Source of the DNA: Clostridiales bacterium DTU086
GTDB lineage: Bacteria > Bacillota > DTU086
Reading direction: 5' to 3'
Assembly: GCA_001513335.1 (NCBI GenBank)
Contig: LFTO01000005.1
Coordinates: forward strand, 1 to 47,510
DNA: 47,510 bases
Shown here: positions 30,701 through 41,200 of the stretch, in pieces
Layout of the letters: every line of letters begins with the position of its first letter
Numbering within the stretch: position 1 is the stretch's first letter
Program-made: the position numbers and the translations under genes
Notes under the pieces: generated by a model
What the model was told of the DNA's origin: nothing
Seen by the model: the letters and a program-made list of their open reading frames with translations, nothing else
Databases searched by the model: none

Positions 30701-30934
30701 TTACTCTTCAACCTCCTCTTCCGGATCACCAAAAATACCGAGAGTATCTCCAGGAAGAATGATCACTACCTGGTACCCCTTTGATTTTGCCCTGTTAAAA
30801 AGTGTAGCCACTGTACTGGGTGCCAGTTTTAGTTGTTTAGCAATTTCGGCAGTTGTCCGACCCATTTCTTTTAACACAACTACCTGGCGCTCCCTAAAGC
30901 TAAGTTTTTCTACTCCCCTGATTTCGATATTCAC
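30701..30934 (-). CDS. Small LuxR/sigma-70 region-4-like HTH protein
   Basis: LSFRERQVVVL..MGRTTAEIAKQLKLAPSTVATL; AGGAAGGA RBS; TAA-ATG coupling to divIC. Confidence 0.8.
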   Translation of the reverse strand: MNIEIRGVEKLSFRERQVVVLKEMGRTTAEIAKQLKLAPSTVATLFNRAKSKGYQVVIILPGDTLGIFGDPEEEVEE

Positions 30935-30952
30935 AGGACAATTCCTTCCTGG

Positions 30953-31098
30953 TTATCCACAAATTATACACATTCTGTGGACAAAAATTGTACATATTTC
31001 TACTCTAAGTTATTCGGCACCGTACTATGATTCCCTTTAGGGGCAGCGCCTAATTTTTTAATTTTTTTTTAACCCTTATCCACAATTTTTGTATAAAA
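30953..31098. promoter_or_regulatory. DnaA-box cluster with sigma-H-like promoter
   Basis: TTATCCACA 30953 and 31076, TTATACACA 30964, near-boxes at 30976, 30988 and 31090; minus strand AAAGGGAAT...GCCGAAT around 31012-31038. Confidence 0.75.
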
Positions 31099-31145
31099 CT
31101 TTTACAGGGTTCAAAGGGGAAAGCAAACAGTAAATACCGGCAGCC

Positions 31146-31622
31146 TTATTCTTTTGGCTTGGGAGGTCGTGAAAAAGATTTGAATAATTTTTTGAAAGGG
31201 AAAATCATTTTGAACAGCAGCAGGCTTAACAGATTGGCTGGAAAAATAAGCACCCTCTGCAGGAAGCTAAAGGGTATTCTAAAAACAGTCCACAACAAGG
31301 AGGCAGTTTTAAAAATTATATATAGCAGCATTTGAATCGGCTTCTGGATCATTCCGCTGATAAACCGGAAATACGCCAGCAGGCCCAACCCCATTCCAAA
31401 AAACACGTACAGCCTTACTTCACCCTGGTTTATATAGAGGAGCACAGCAAAAGCTAACGCAACGAGAAGCAGCCATACCAATAAGTCACCAATATTAGTA
31501 CTCATGGGCTTGAACCTGAAAGTGTTTCTCACCTCACGGTAAATATCAAAGGCTGCGCCCATGACTACACCAAAAAGGATCATGGCAACAAGGGTATAAA
31601 ACTGGACTTCGACAGGAATCAT
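31146..31622 (-). CDS. yabQ: Spore cortex protein YabQ
   Basis: G...G..FD.YR, DLLVW and N.GEVR.Y motifs; follows yabP. Confidence 0.9.
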   Translation of the reverse strand: MIPVEVQFYTLVAMILFGVVMGAAFDIYREVRNTFRFKPMSTNIGDLLVWLLLVALAFAVLLYINQGEVRLYVFFGMGLGLLAYFRFISGMIQKPIQMLLYIIFKTASLLWTVFRIPFSFLQRVLIFPANLLSLLLFKMIFPFKKLFKSFSRPPKPKE

Positions 31623-31641
31623 GAAGTCACCCCAAACAGCT

Positions 31642-31917
31642 TTACTTTAACATTTTCTTGAGAATCCCCTTACCTCTTCCTTTTACTCCTCTGCTTTCAG
31701 AATAAATGACCCCGGAAAAGCTGCCGGAAACAGACATGCTTCCCTGCTCAAGGTTGAGCTCTTCGATATTCAAGCCTTCTCCAAAGAGGTCCAGAAAACC
31801 ATAACTTGTTTCAACCGTTATTCTGCTGCTGTCAAAGTTGTGAACATGCAGCACCCCACCCTCAATTTCCAGGCGGTTTCTTTTCTCCAGGACAACCCGA
31901 TGGTTTTGCTCGCTCAT
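31642..31917 (-). CDS. yabP: Sporulation protein YabP
   Basis: ATG 31917; R..LEI.G.V..V..FD...I..ET..G.L...G..L....LNLE.G; sigma-E-like promoter ATA-N16-CATACATT (31962-31936). Confidence 0.9.
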   Translation of the reverse strand: MSEQNHRVVLEKRNRLEIEGGVLHVHNFDSSRITVETSYGFLDLFGEGLNIEELNLEQGSMSVSGSFSGVIYSESRGVKGRGKGILKKMLK

Positions 31918-32117
31918 AGCCTCACCCCTCACTAAAATGTATGTTGGCACAGCTTTGCATATAACAATTTAGCTTCTTGAAAACACAAGATTTCTCTACA
32001 GTTTCCCGGAGCAGATTTAAAAATAATTAAGCCCGTAACATGCGTACGGGCTCCATAATACATACTGGAGTGGTAATCTCACTATATTGAGCAACTTCTA
32101 TGCGCCCTGCAGGCGAA

Positions 32118-32510
32118 TAGTGAGCGGCGGCAAACAACCCTTGGCGAGACCGAAGGTCAAAGCCCGGAGGCACGAACAGGACGTGAGTGCCAGCCCCATT
32201 TGAGGCAGGATGCCGGTTATGGGGCGGTCCGGTTTTGACTGGAGCTTTGCCTTAGAGATATCCTGTGTGAATTCCTAGAGTGAGCGAAAGGCATGGGAAA
32301 CATGCCCCGGCGCTTCGCTCAAGATGGCGTGGGAACTTGTCCGTAGCGGAGAAGTATATGCGGAGTTTTGTCACAACTGTACATATTGGACTCAAAAAAG
32401 CACGCATGTGTTGCGGAGCGGGACTTGTTTTGCGCTAGCCTTACACGGCTTCCGCCGGCGGTAACGGCGTGCAGGCTTGTCCGTAGCGGAGCAATACATG
32501 CGGACTTTTT
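32118..32510. repeat. Composite repeat, locus 3
   Basis: Branched module 32118-32363 plus a CGCATGT...CAATACATGCGG unit at 32402-32503. Confidence 0.9.
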
Positions 32511-32627
32511 GCCAAACGTACACTAACCTTTGCTTAAAGATGCCTTGCACGAATTCAGGGAGTAGCAAAATCAGTTGAATTAATTTTATCAAGCCGCATA
32601 CGGGCTGGTTTTGCCTATCGTTTTACC

Positions 32628-33593
32628 TTAGTCCCAGGCCTTTTGAATTCTTACATCCCGAAAGAAATATTGTACAATTTCTGCGGCATTCTGCCCCTGC
32701 TCTGCCAGTGCCTTTGCTCCCCACTGGCTCATTCCCACTCCGTGGCCGAATCCCCGGCCTTCGGCTATTAACCTTCCCCCCTGCACTTCAAGTCTGCTCA
32801 ATAGAGTGGAACGCATTACTTCACTCCCCAGGGCAAGGCGTAAAGAAGGGCCGCTTAAAGTAACATTTCCAAGTTTGATTTTGGTAGCCCTTCCGGAGGG
32901 ACCTTTTTCAAGGATTTTTACCTGGTCAATGGCGCCCGGGTCATGTCCTGTCCAGTTCTGTATCTTTTGCCTTACTTCGCTGAGAGGAAATTCTGCTTTC
33001 CACGATTTATTTTCCGGCGGGCTAATCTCAAAACCAGGGTCAGAAACACTCTTTATATAAGGAGCTTTCTCCTGCCGGTAGTCAAGTCCTTCCACAGCGG
33101 AAGCGGCGGTTTTGCCTCCGGCATCAGCATGAAACCAACCGTTTATATACTTTCCGTCATAAGTAACGACCATACCCCGTGTTTGCTCTACGGCATCTTT
33201 TACTCTTTGGTTTATTCTATCTGCCGCATAAGCCTGAAACTCCTTCTCATCTGTAGAGGCATCAGTATTGTGTTCTTTTACGCCACCCTCTTCCATTTTC
33301 TTTAATGTAAATGTTCTGGCCAAAATCGCCTGGGCCGCCAGCGCCTCAGTAGGCCAGGAATTCTCCATTTCTCCGGCTACGACACCCTGGAGATAAGTCT
33401 CCAGTCTCATTTCCTCCACCTGGTCTTTTTCCTTGTTGTAAAGAGAAATTGTCGGTTCCTTTCCTTTACGGGGAAGGTCTTCGGGGCCCTCTCTCCCCGG
33501 ACGGGCAAAGGGACCGGCACACCCTACAAGAAATATTGCAACAGTTGCGAGAGATATTACTGTGACAAGGAAGTTGCTGCTTCTGATTCTCAT
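32628..33593 (-). CDS. SpoIID/LytB-family lytic transglycosylase, lipoprotein
   Basis: Lipobox LVGC; YLQGVVAGEM, EALAAQAILART, FQAY and GFGHGVGMSQWGA. Confidence 0.88.
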   Translation of the reverse strand: MRIRSSNFLVTVISLATVAIFLVGCAGPFARPGREGPEDLPRKGKEPTISLYNKEKDQVEEMRLETYLQGVVAGEMENSWPTEALAAQAILARTFTLKKMEEGGVKEHNTDASTDEKEFQAYAADRINQRVKDAVEQTRGMVVTYDGKYINGWFHADAGGKTAASAVEGLDYRQEKAPYIKSVSDPGFEISPPENKSWKAEFPLSEVRQKIQNWTGHDPGAIDQVKILEKGPSGRATKIKLGNVTLSGPSLRLALGSEVMRSTLLSRLEVQGGRLIAEGRGFGHGVGMSQWGAKALAEQGQNAAEIVQYFFRDVRIQKAWD

Positions 33594-33740
33594 TTTGTTC
33601 TACCTCCGTAAGCGGGCGCTTTTAGAGGTATTATTCCACAAGACACGTCTTTCAATGCGGCAGTTTAAGGCAAGCTCAAAAAAACCCCATCAAAAAAAAG
33701 GGGTTATAGACTGTCGAATAACCGATTAATTGTTTTTTTA

Positions 33741-34046
33741 CTTTACACGGCTTTTGCCGGAGGTAACGGCGCCTTTTCCCCATGCCTTTTTTGGCAAACG
33801 ACTAGATGAACACAGGCACACAGCTCTTGGCAAAGCGCAGGGAAAAACCGGGAGGCCCGGGCAGGACGCCCGGGTCAGCCCAATTTGAAACACGATGTTG
33901 ATTATTGGGCGGCTCGGTTTTGACTGGAGCTTTGCCTTAGAGCTGTCCTGTGTGAATTCCCGGAGTGAGCGAAAAGGCATGGGAAACATGCCTCGACACT
34001 TTCCTTGAATAGCGGGTGAGCTTGTCCGTAGCGGAGTAGTACATGG
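33741..34046. repeat. Composite repeat, locus 4
   Basis: 33797-34046 aligns with 9458-9712; 33741-33772 is a fragment of the tandem-unit module. Confidence 0.9.
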
Positions 34047-34063
34047 AGCCTTCAACCTTCATT

Positions 34064-34309
34064 TTACTTTTCAACCAGCCTGTACATGTCGGAAGCCTGG
34101 GGAGCGGGAACATTTTCACGAATTTCCAAGATCTCCACTTCCGTTACCCTTCCGGCTCTGTTAATAGTGATAATATCTCCCACTTGAACCTCGGCACCGG
34201 CCTTTGCCGGCCGGTAATTCACGGACACCCTCCCGGCATCACACATTTCTTTGGCAACGGTTCTTCTTTTCACCAATCTGGATGTCTTCAAAAATTTATC
34301 AAGGCGCAC
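34064..34309 (-). CDS. yabO: S4-domain RNA-binding protein YabO/RqcP
   Basis: MRLDKFLKTSRLVKRRTVAKE. Confidence 0.93.
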   Translation of the reverse strand: MRLDKFLKTSRLVKRRTVAKEMCDAGRVSVNYRPAKAGAEVQVGDIITINRAGRVTEVEILEIRENVPAPQASDMYRLVEK

Positions 34310-34363
34310 TTCCTCACCGCCTTACTGTCAAGGTGCCCGGCAGATACCCCGGGCATTAAGAAG

Positions 34364-34387
34364 CCAGGTTCCTTTCCGAACCTGGCC
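34364..34387 (-). terminator. Hairpin/terminator after hup
   Basis: GCCAGGTTC-(loop)-GAACCTGGC. Confidence 0.6.
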
Positions 34388-34394
34388 TTGTCGT

Positions 34395-34670
34395 CTACTT
34401 GGCAACTGATTCTTTAAGGGCCTTTCCTGCTTTGAAACCAGGTACCTTAGTTGCCGGTATAGCAATTTCGTCTCCGGTGCGAGGGTTGCGGCCCACTCTG
34501 GCAGCCCTTTCTTTTGTTTCAAAGGTTCCAAAACCGACTAATTGGACTTTTTCACCCTTGGCTAAAGCTTCTTCAATACTTTGGAACACTGCATTAACAG
34601 CTTTTTCCGCATCCTTCTTTGTCAAGTCAGTTTTTTCCGCTACAGAACCTATCAAGTCGGACTTATTCAA
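34395..34670 (-). CDS. hup: DNA-binding protein HU
   Basis: MNKSDLI, VGFGTF, GRNPRTG and PGFKAGK. Confidence 0.97.
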   Translation of the reverse strand: MNKSDLIGSVAEKTDLTKKDAEKAVNAVFQSIEEALAKGEKVQLVGFGTFETKERAARVGRNPRTGDEIAIPATKVPGFKAGKALKESVAK

Positions 34671-34711
34671 GGATTATCCCTCCCATTGTTGGATTGCATC
34701 TTCGCTTTATT

Positions 34712-34738
34712 ATTCTGTAGTCTGGCAAAATATCCTTT
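34712..34738 (-). promoter_or_regulatory. Sigma-H promoter of hup
   Basis: AAAGGATATT...ACAGAAT with canonical AGGA/GAAT spacing. Confidence 0.7.
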
Positions 34739-34758
34739 CACCTGCAAGAAAATTTTAC

Positions 34759-36225
34759 CTAATTTTGAGGATTTAATTCTTTTACTTCATTCCAGAGCCT
34801 GTCCATTTCCTCCAGGGACATCTCTTCTAGAGTAATCCCTCTTTCCTTGGCTGTATTTTCAATGTAATTGAACCTGTAGATAAACTTGTCTATAGTTCCC
34901 GTCAGGGCCTCCTCAGGATCCACTTTTAAAAACCGTGCTGTATTGACTACAGCAAATAATACATCTCCAACCTCGGAAGCCACTCCGGAACCGGATTTAT
35001 CCTGCACCGCATCTTCCAGTTCTTTCAACTCTTCATAGATTTTTTCCCATGCACCCGTAACGTCCGGCCAATCGAACCCCGCTTCAGCAGCCTTCTTCTG
35101 TACCTTTTCTGCGCGCATGAGTGCAGGCAGCTGACGGGGAATATCGAACCGCGGCCTATCCTCTTTCTCTCCGTGTTTGATTTTTTCCCAGTTAACGTTT
35201 ACATCTTCAACAGAATTTACTTCAACACTTTTACCAAAAACATGGGGATGCCGCCTTACCAGTTTCTCGGAAATGCCTCCGATAACATCGTTTACATCAA
35301 AAATACCCTTTTCCCTGGCTATTTGAGAATAGAAGACCACCTGCAGTAATAAGTCTCCCAATTCTTCCTGCAATTTATGCATATCCCCGTCTTCAACTGC
35401 ATCTATCACTTCATATGTTTCCTCTATCAGATACCTTTTCAAGCTTTGAAAGTCCTGTTCCCGGTCCCAAGGGCATCCATCATCACGGCGGAGCCTGGCC
35501 ATGATATCAATCAGGGTTTGAAAGGAATCATACGGCTTGTCTTGGAGCTCTGCAGCAGGAACAAAAAGGCTGGTCAAATAATCGATCCAATCCTGCCTGT
35601 CCAATTCATATAGGGGAATCCTTTTCACCATTTCCCTTTCAGGTACCCCGGCAGCACGAATAACAACAACGGGGTGATCATCAGGATAATACTCCATAAG
35701 AGTCAGCTTAACTTCAGAAGCTATCCTTCTGTCATATAACTGCGTCAGCACAACGGGAGCTGAAGTGTTTCCTTTAAGCCTGCCCCTCTCCAGAAGTTCA
35801 AGGCAGTCCATTACAAGGAGGCCTTCAGTCGGGTCCAGTTCCAGGACAGAATACAATGCATCAAGACAGCTCATAGCCGGCACAATCTCCAGCTGAGTTC
35901 TGTCCGGTACAGCTTCGAGGAGCATCTGTACTGTACGCTCAGCCACCATTGGGTGACCGGGAACAGCATAAAGGACATCCCTTTTTTCTGCTTCCTCCAG
36001 GAGAATATTTACAATATTTTTGTAAACTTCCGCGAAGCTGCTGCCCTGTTCGTAAAGCCTGTCAAAACTCTCAAATGAAATACCCTGGCTCAATAGTTCA
36101 TTAACCAGGGGATGCTTCTCTGTACGCAAATAAATTTTTTGTGCACTATGTAGTAGCTTTAATGTCTTAACAGGTAAATGGTCTAAATTCCCAGGGCCTA
36201 ACCCAACAACGGTGATCTTTGCCAC
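34759..36225 (-). CDS. yabN: YabN: tetrapyrrole-methylase-like domain + MazG pyrophosphohydrolase
   Basis: VGLGPG, YAVPGHP, GCPWDREQ, EELGDLL and RRHPHVF. Confidence 0.94.
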   Translation of the reverse strand: MAKITVVGLGPGNLDHLPVKTLKLLHSAQKIYLRTEKHPLVNELLSQGISFESFDRLYEQGSSFAEVYKNIVNILLEEAEKRDVLYAVPGHPMVAERTVQMLLEAVPDRTQLEIVPAMSCLDALYSVLELDPTEGLLVMDCLELLERGRLKGNTSAPVVLTQLYDRRIASEVKLTLMEYYPDDHPVVVIRAAGVPEREMVKRIPLYELDRQDWIDYLTSLFVPAAELQDKPYDSFQTLIDIMARLRRDDGCPWDREQDFQSLKRYLIEETYEVIDAVEDGDMHKLQEELGDLLLQVVFYSQIAREKGIFDVNDVIGGISEKLVRRHPHVFGKSVEVNSVEDVNVNWEKIKHGEKEDRPRFDIPRQLPALMRAEKVQKKAAEAGFDWPDVTGAWEKIYEELKELEDAVQDKSGSGVASEVGDVLFAVVNTARFLKVDPEEALTGTIDKFIYRFNYIENTAKERGITLEEMSLEEMDRLWNEVKELNPQN

Positions 36226-36432
36226 ATAATCGCCTTCTTTGTTTCAAGATTAAAATTATCTTACCAGTGCAGGAAGCTGTAATCAATACCAAAATAGGCA
36301 ACGCCGTTTAGACCTACAGTTTTGGGAATAGGCCCTTTCCTTTTACCGGCTCCTTTCTTTCAGTAATATTCCTGCTACTCATTCACAATATTTTCTTTAT
36401 GTTGCAAAGCATAATTACCTGTTACATAAAAT

Positions 36433-36453
36433 AAGTGGCGCCTGGCGCCACTT
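36433..36453 (-). terminator. Terminator after spoVT
   Basis: AAGTGGCGC-CTG-GCGCCACTT. Confidence 0.75.
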
Positions 36454-36460
36454 TGAGGTG

Positions 36461-37030
36461 TTATTGTTCCATTTGTTTTGCCAAGAACCCTGCCGCTGTT
36501 TCAGTAAGTTTTACCTCCATATCACCCATTTTCACGTTGTTGTCTTTGGAGCATAGTATTACTGCTCCGATAGGATCCCCTTCCGCAATAATTGGTGCAA
36601 CCACCTGAGCGGAAAACTTGGCTGCCGCTTCCTCATCGTCCACGTCAATTGGGCAGGCAGCACCCTTTTGTGCCTCAGCAGGATCATTTACAAACAGAGA
36701 AGTCCTCGTCTCCATGACTTTTTCCACTGCGGGGCCGATAGGCTTATTCAGGAATTCTTTTTTCGGTGCTCCGCTGACAGCAATTATGTTATCGCGGTCC
36801 GATATCAAGGCAATATGTCCTATAGCCTCATACAGCGAATCGGCATATTCTTTGGCAAAATCGCCTAGTTCTCCGATGGGAGAATATTTTTTAAGAATTA
36901 CTTCCCCTTCGCGGTCGACAAATATTTCTAGAGGATCGCCTTCTCGGATTCTGAGGGTTCTACGTATTTCTTTAGGAATTACTACTCTGCCTAAGTCATC
37001 AATTCTCCGTACGATTCCTGTTGCCTTCAT
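36461..37030 (-). CDS. spoVT: Stage V sporulation protein T
   Basis: MKATGIVRRIDDLGRVVIPKEIRR AbrB domain plus GAF; sigma-G-like GAATA-N18-TATACTA upstream (37121-37092). Confidence 0.97.
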   Translation of the reverse strand: MKATGIVRRIDDLGRVVIPKEIRRTLRIREGDPLEIFVDREGEVILKKYSPIGELGDFAKEYADSLYEAIGHIALISDRDNIIAVSGAPKKEFLNKPIGPAVEKVMETRTSLFVNDPAEAQKGAACPIDVDDEEAAAKFSAQVVAPIIAEGDPIGAVILCSKDNNVKMGDMEVKLTETAAGFLAKQMEQ

Positions 37031-37187
37031 TAACTGGTTTTCCCTCCTTTTCGAAACCTGACGTGAAAACCTGCAGGAACCTTTTCAGTGATAGTATATA
37101 ACCTTCAGCATTTATTTATTCATTATTTTCCATGACCCGTTTTTGTTTTTATGCGAAGTGATACTTCAATAAAATTGGGGTATATCA

Positions 37188-37223
37188 AAAAAAAATTAAG
37201 GTCCCCGTATTTCCAGGGACCTT
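37188..37223 (-). terminator. Terminator after the prsA-like gene
   Basis: AAGGTCCC/GGGACCTT stem followed by a U-rich tract. Confidence 0.65.
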
Positions 37224-37245
37224 CAAGACTAATTTCCTTACTGTT

Positions 37246-38208
37246 CTACTTCAAATTCTCAATCTTAGCTTCACTTTTTGCCTTATTAAAGAAATCACTA
37301 AAGGCTTCATTCTTTTGTTCATTTAGAACCTGTCCTTCCAATGAAGCTTCCAGCTCTTCAAAAGTGTCCTTTTTGTCCAGCACCTTTATTATGTGGAAAC
37401 CATAAGGCGAACGGACAGGTTCCTTGGAAATTTGGCCAACCTCTACCTGGAAAGCCCCATCTACAAACTCTTTAACCAGACTGGTATCATCACGGGTAAA
37501 ATAATAATCAATAACGCCGCCATTTTCAGCAGACTGTGCATCCTCTGAATTGTTTTTTGCCACCTCAGCAAAATCTTCTCCATTATTCAGCTTGGATATT
37601 AAGTTCTGGGCTTTTTCCCGCGCAGCTTTTACCTTTTCCTCTGGCGCATTTTCATCAACAGCAATCAGTATATGAGCCACTTTAGCCTGTTCATATTTAG
37701 CAGGGTTTTTTTCGAAAATGGCTTTTAAAGTTTCTGCATCAACAGAAATGTCACTGGTTACTTTATTGAAAAGTGCCTCGGCTGTTAACTGGATTTTAAT
37801 CTGCTCAGCCAGCTTATCTTCAGTCAGCTTTTGTTGACTCAGGAGCTGTTTGAAAACTTCCGTTCCAAATTGTTTTTTCATGAGCCTTATCTGCTCTTGA
37901 ACCACATCATTGGAAACGGAAACACCTTCTTTTTTGGCCTGCTGCATCAATAAGGCTTCGTCAATAAGCTGATTCATTGCTTCGTCTTCAATCTGCCCCA
38001 GGAGTTCGTCATCTTGCCCTTCCTGCAGGCTGTATCCCTGACTGGCGAGCCCTGATTTTATCAGAGCAATTCTGTCCTCCAACTGGCTCTGCAGGATCTT
38101 TTCGCCGTTTACCCTGGCAATAACGGAAGCATCTCCACCGCAGCCGGCAGAAAAAACAACAATAAAAATTAGTACAAGAAACAGGCTGATTACTTTTCTT
38201 CTAGGCAT
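37246..38208 (-). CDS. prsA: PrsA/SurA-like parvulin PPIase lipoprotein
   Basis: Lipobox SAGC; AHILI, F...A...SED, GG and YGFHIIK. Confidence 0.88.
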   Translation of the reverse strand: MPRRKVISLFLVLIFIVVFSAGCGGDASVIARVNGEKILQSQLEDRIALIKSGLASQGYSLQEGQDDELLGQIEDEAMNQLIDEALLMQQAKKEGVSVSNDVVQEQIRLMKKQFGTEVFKQLLSQQKLTEDKLAEQIKIQLTAEALFNKVTSDISVDAETLKAIFEKNPAKYEQAKVAHILIAVDENAPEEKVKAAREKAQNLISKLNNGEDFAEVAKNNSEDAQSAENGGVIDYYFTRDDTSLVKEFVDGAFQVEVGQISKEPVRSPYGFHIIKVLDKKDTFEELEASLEGQVLNEQKNEAFSDFFNKAKSEAKIENLK

Positions 38209-38244
38209 TTAACCCAACCTTTCTGTTATCTTTAATTCAAACAA

Positions 38245-41200
38245 TTATATCAGATAATCTCTGGCACCAGCAAGCTCCTCAAACCTGCATAATATTTCTA
38301 TTATCCTTTTTCCTAGCTCTGATCCTGAAAGATTGCCTTTGGAAAGCTTGATTACCAATCCTCCCACACTTGAAAAGGACAGCTGCCGGGGAAAATCCTT
38401 GGCCAGGGTCATTAGAATATTCCCTTTTACCGCTGTCTCCTTGTCGAAACTAATCCTCACTTCCTGGCGGAACTCCTTTATTGAATCAATGCCAACTCTT
38501 CTGGCAAGCAGGCGCATTTGTACTATCAGGAAAAGGTTTTGAACTTCCCTGGGGATCTGTCCAAAACGGTCCTCCAGTTCAATTTCGAATTCTTTCAACT
38601 CATCTTCGTTATCAATGTCTCTGAGCTGGTGGTAAACATCAAGCTTAAGAGCAGGTTCTTCAATGTAGCTGTCTGCAACGTAGGCACTAATATTAAGTTC
38701 AATTTCCACATCTTGCTGTTCAGGAGCCTCTTTCCGGGGTTCCCCCTTAAGGAGCCGCACGGCATCTTCCAGGAGCTGGCAGTAAAGGTCAAAACCCACA
38801 TCCAACATATGACCATGCTGCTCTGCTCCCAGCAGGTTCCCGGCACCGCGAATTTCCAAATCCCGCATGGCCAGCTTGAACCCGGAGCCAAACTCCGTAA
38901 ACTCCCTGATGGCGTTAAGGCGCTTCTCTGCAGTTTCCCCCAGGACTTTTCTTTTATCATAAGTGAAATAAGCATAAGCAATGCGGTTTGACCTTCCGAC
39001 TCTTCCCCTGAGCTGGTACAACTGAGAGAGGCCAAATCTGTCAGCATTTTCCACTATCAGGGTGTTAACATTCCCGATATCCAGCCCGTTCTCAATAATT
39101 GTGGTACATACAAGAATGTCTATTTCTCCCTCAATGAACTCAACCATTACTTTATCCAGCTGTTTTTCCGGCATCTGCCCGTGAGCGATAGCAATTCTGG
39201 CCTGGGGCAGGTGTTTCTGCAGCCGGGAAACCCGGCGTTCCAACCCGGATACCAGGTTATACACATAAAAGACCTGACCACCCCTGTCCAATTCCCTGCG
39301 TATAGCTTCAACAACTAATTCCTTGCTGTACTCGACAACATAGGTCTGTACAGGGTAACGGTTTTCCGGAGGTGTATTGATTATACTCATATCCCTGGCT
39401 CCTGCAAGGGCCATATGCAGGGTCCTGGGTATCGGTGTGGCAGTAAGGGTTAATACGTCAATATTCTGCCGCAGCTGTTTCAACCGCTCCTTATGGGCTA
39501 CCCCAAATCTCTGCTCCTCATCAATTATCAGCAGCCCTAAATCTTTGAAACGCACATCCTTGGACAGCAGGCGGTGAGTTCCGATGATAATATCCACTTT
39601 ACCCTGCTCTAACGCAGCGATGATCTTTTTCTGCTCACCTGGGGTTTTTAAACGGCTTAAAACCTCAATTTTTGCCGGAACGCCCCTGAAACGATCCTTG
39701 AAAGTTCGCAGGTGCTGCTGGGCAAGGACTGTTGTAGGCACGAGTACTGCCACCTGCTTATTGTCCATAACAGCCTTAAAAGCACCCCGCATGGCCACTT
39801 CCGTCTTTCCATAGCCCACATCCCCTACCAAAAGGCGGTCCATGGGTTTGCTCTTTTCCATGTCCGACTTGACTTCAGTTATAGCCTTTATTTGGTCTTT
39901 AGTCTCATTAAAGGGAAAAGCCTCTTCAAATTCCGCCTGCCAGGGGGTATCCCGGTTAAAAGCAAAACCTTCAATTGTTTCCCTGGCAGCGTATAGATTT
40001 AACAAATCCTTAGCCAGCTCTTTAACGGATTCCCTGACCTTTTTCTTGGTTTTTACCCACTCACCGGTGCCTAACCTGTGCAGCTTAGGTTTATGCCCCT
40101 CGGCACCTACATATTTGCTGATCAGGTTTACGTTATCAGTAGGAACATAGACTTTATCCTGTCCGAAATACTGAATGTGCAGGTAATCCTTACGGACGCC
40201 CTGAACATCCAGGTTAATTACTCCAAGGTACTTTCCAATCCCATGCTGAACATGGACCACATAATCTCCGGGTTTAATCTCGGAAAAATCGGAAATCCTC
40301 AGGCCTTGATCATATTGTTTCCTTGGCCTGCGCAGCTTGGAGCGCCCAAAGAGCTCGCTGTCTGAAACCAGCACCAGTTTTGCAGCAGGAAATTCAAAGC
40401 CGGATAAAGGTTTACCATAGGTAATGATAACCTGGCCCTCCACCGGTGCCGACAGGATTTCCGGAAGAACTACCGCCTCAATTTTGTTATCCCAGAGCCC
40501 CTCTTTCAGCCGCAAACCTCTGTCCTTTGAAGAAGTCATGATAATTACGGAGTATTTTTGTCTCTGCCAGTCTTTTACCTGGGCAACAAACATGGGGAAT
40601 TTCCCCTGAAACTGGGGCAGATCCCTTCCGGATACGCTGACAGGAGCAACTGCTGAAAAGTCCCTGCTCCCCCCTGGCAGCAGGGAAAAGCCAGCCTTTT
40701 TCCTTTCGGCGGCATCTTCACGAATAAGGTCATATTTCACAAGTATTTCTTCCTGCCGGGGAAGGATTTTCCCCTGCTCCAGCAGTTCTCGAAAAACTTC
40801 CTTTAATTCCTCTTCCCTGCTTTCGGCTTCCTCCCTAACATGAAGGGGCTCGTCAACAATAATAAAGGGTTCCTGGTGGTAATAATTTAGTAGAGTATTC
40901 TTACCCTTCACAAAGTAAGGCAGGTATTGTTCCAGATGATAAGATACAATACCGGATTCCATTTCCTTTATCACCTGATCATACTTGTCCCGTAAATTTT
41001 GTCCAATTGTCTGTACCTTGGATTCATCTAAATCCTTAAAGGCAAGAGTCCAGTCTTTTTCAATCAATGCCTTACCTTCTGCCCACCCTGGTTCTCCAGG
41101 AGCTAAAGAGAATTCCACTGCGGGGAGAAGTGTTACTTCGTCAATGCTCTCCAGGGAACGCTGAGTGTTAGGGTTAAAAATACGAAAAGTTTCTATTTCA

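Noticed and set aside
30953-31098. oriC
   Set aside because: No dnaA/dnaN nearby; a short cluster within a gene promoter fits a regulatory or titration site better
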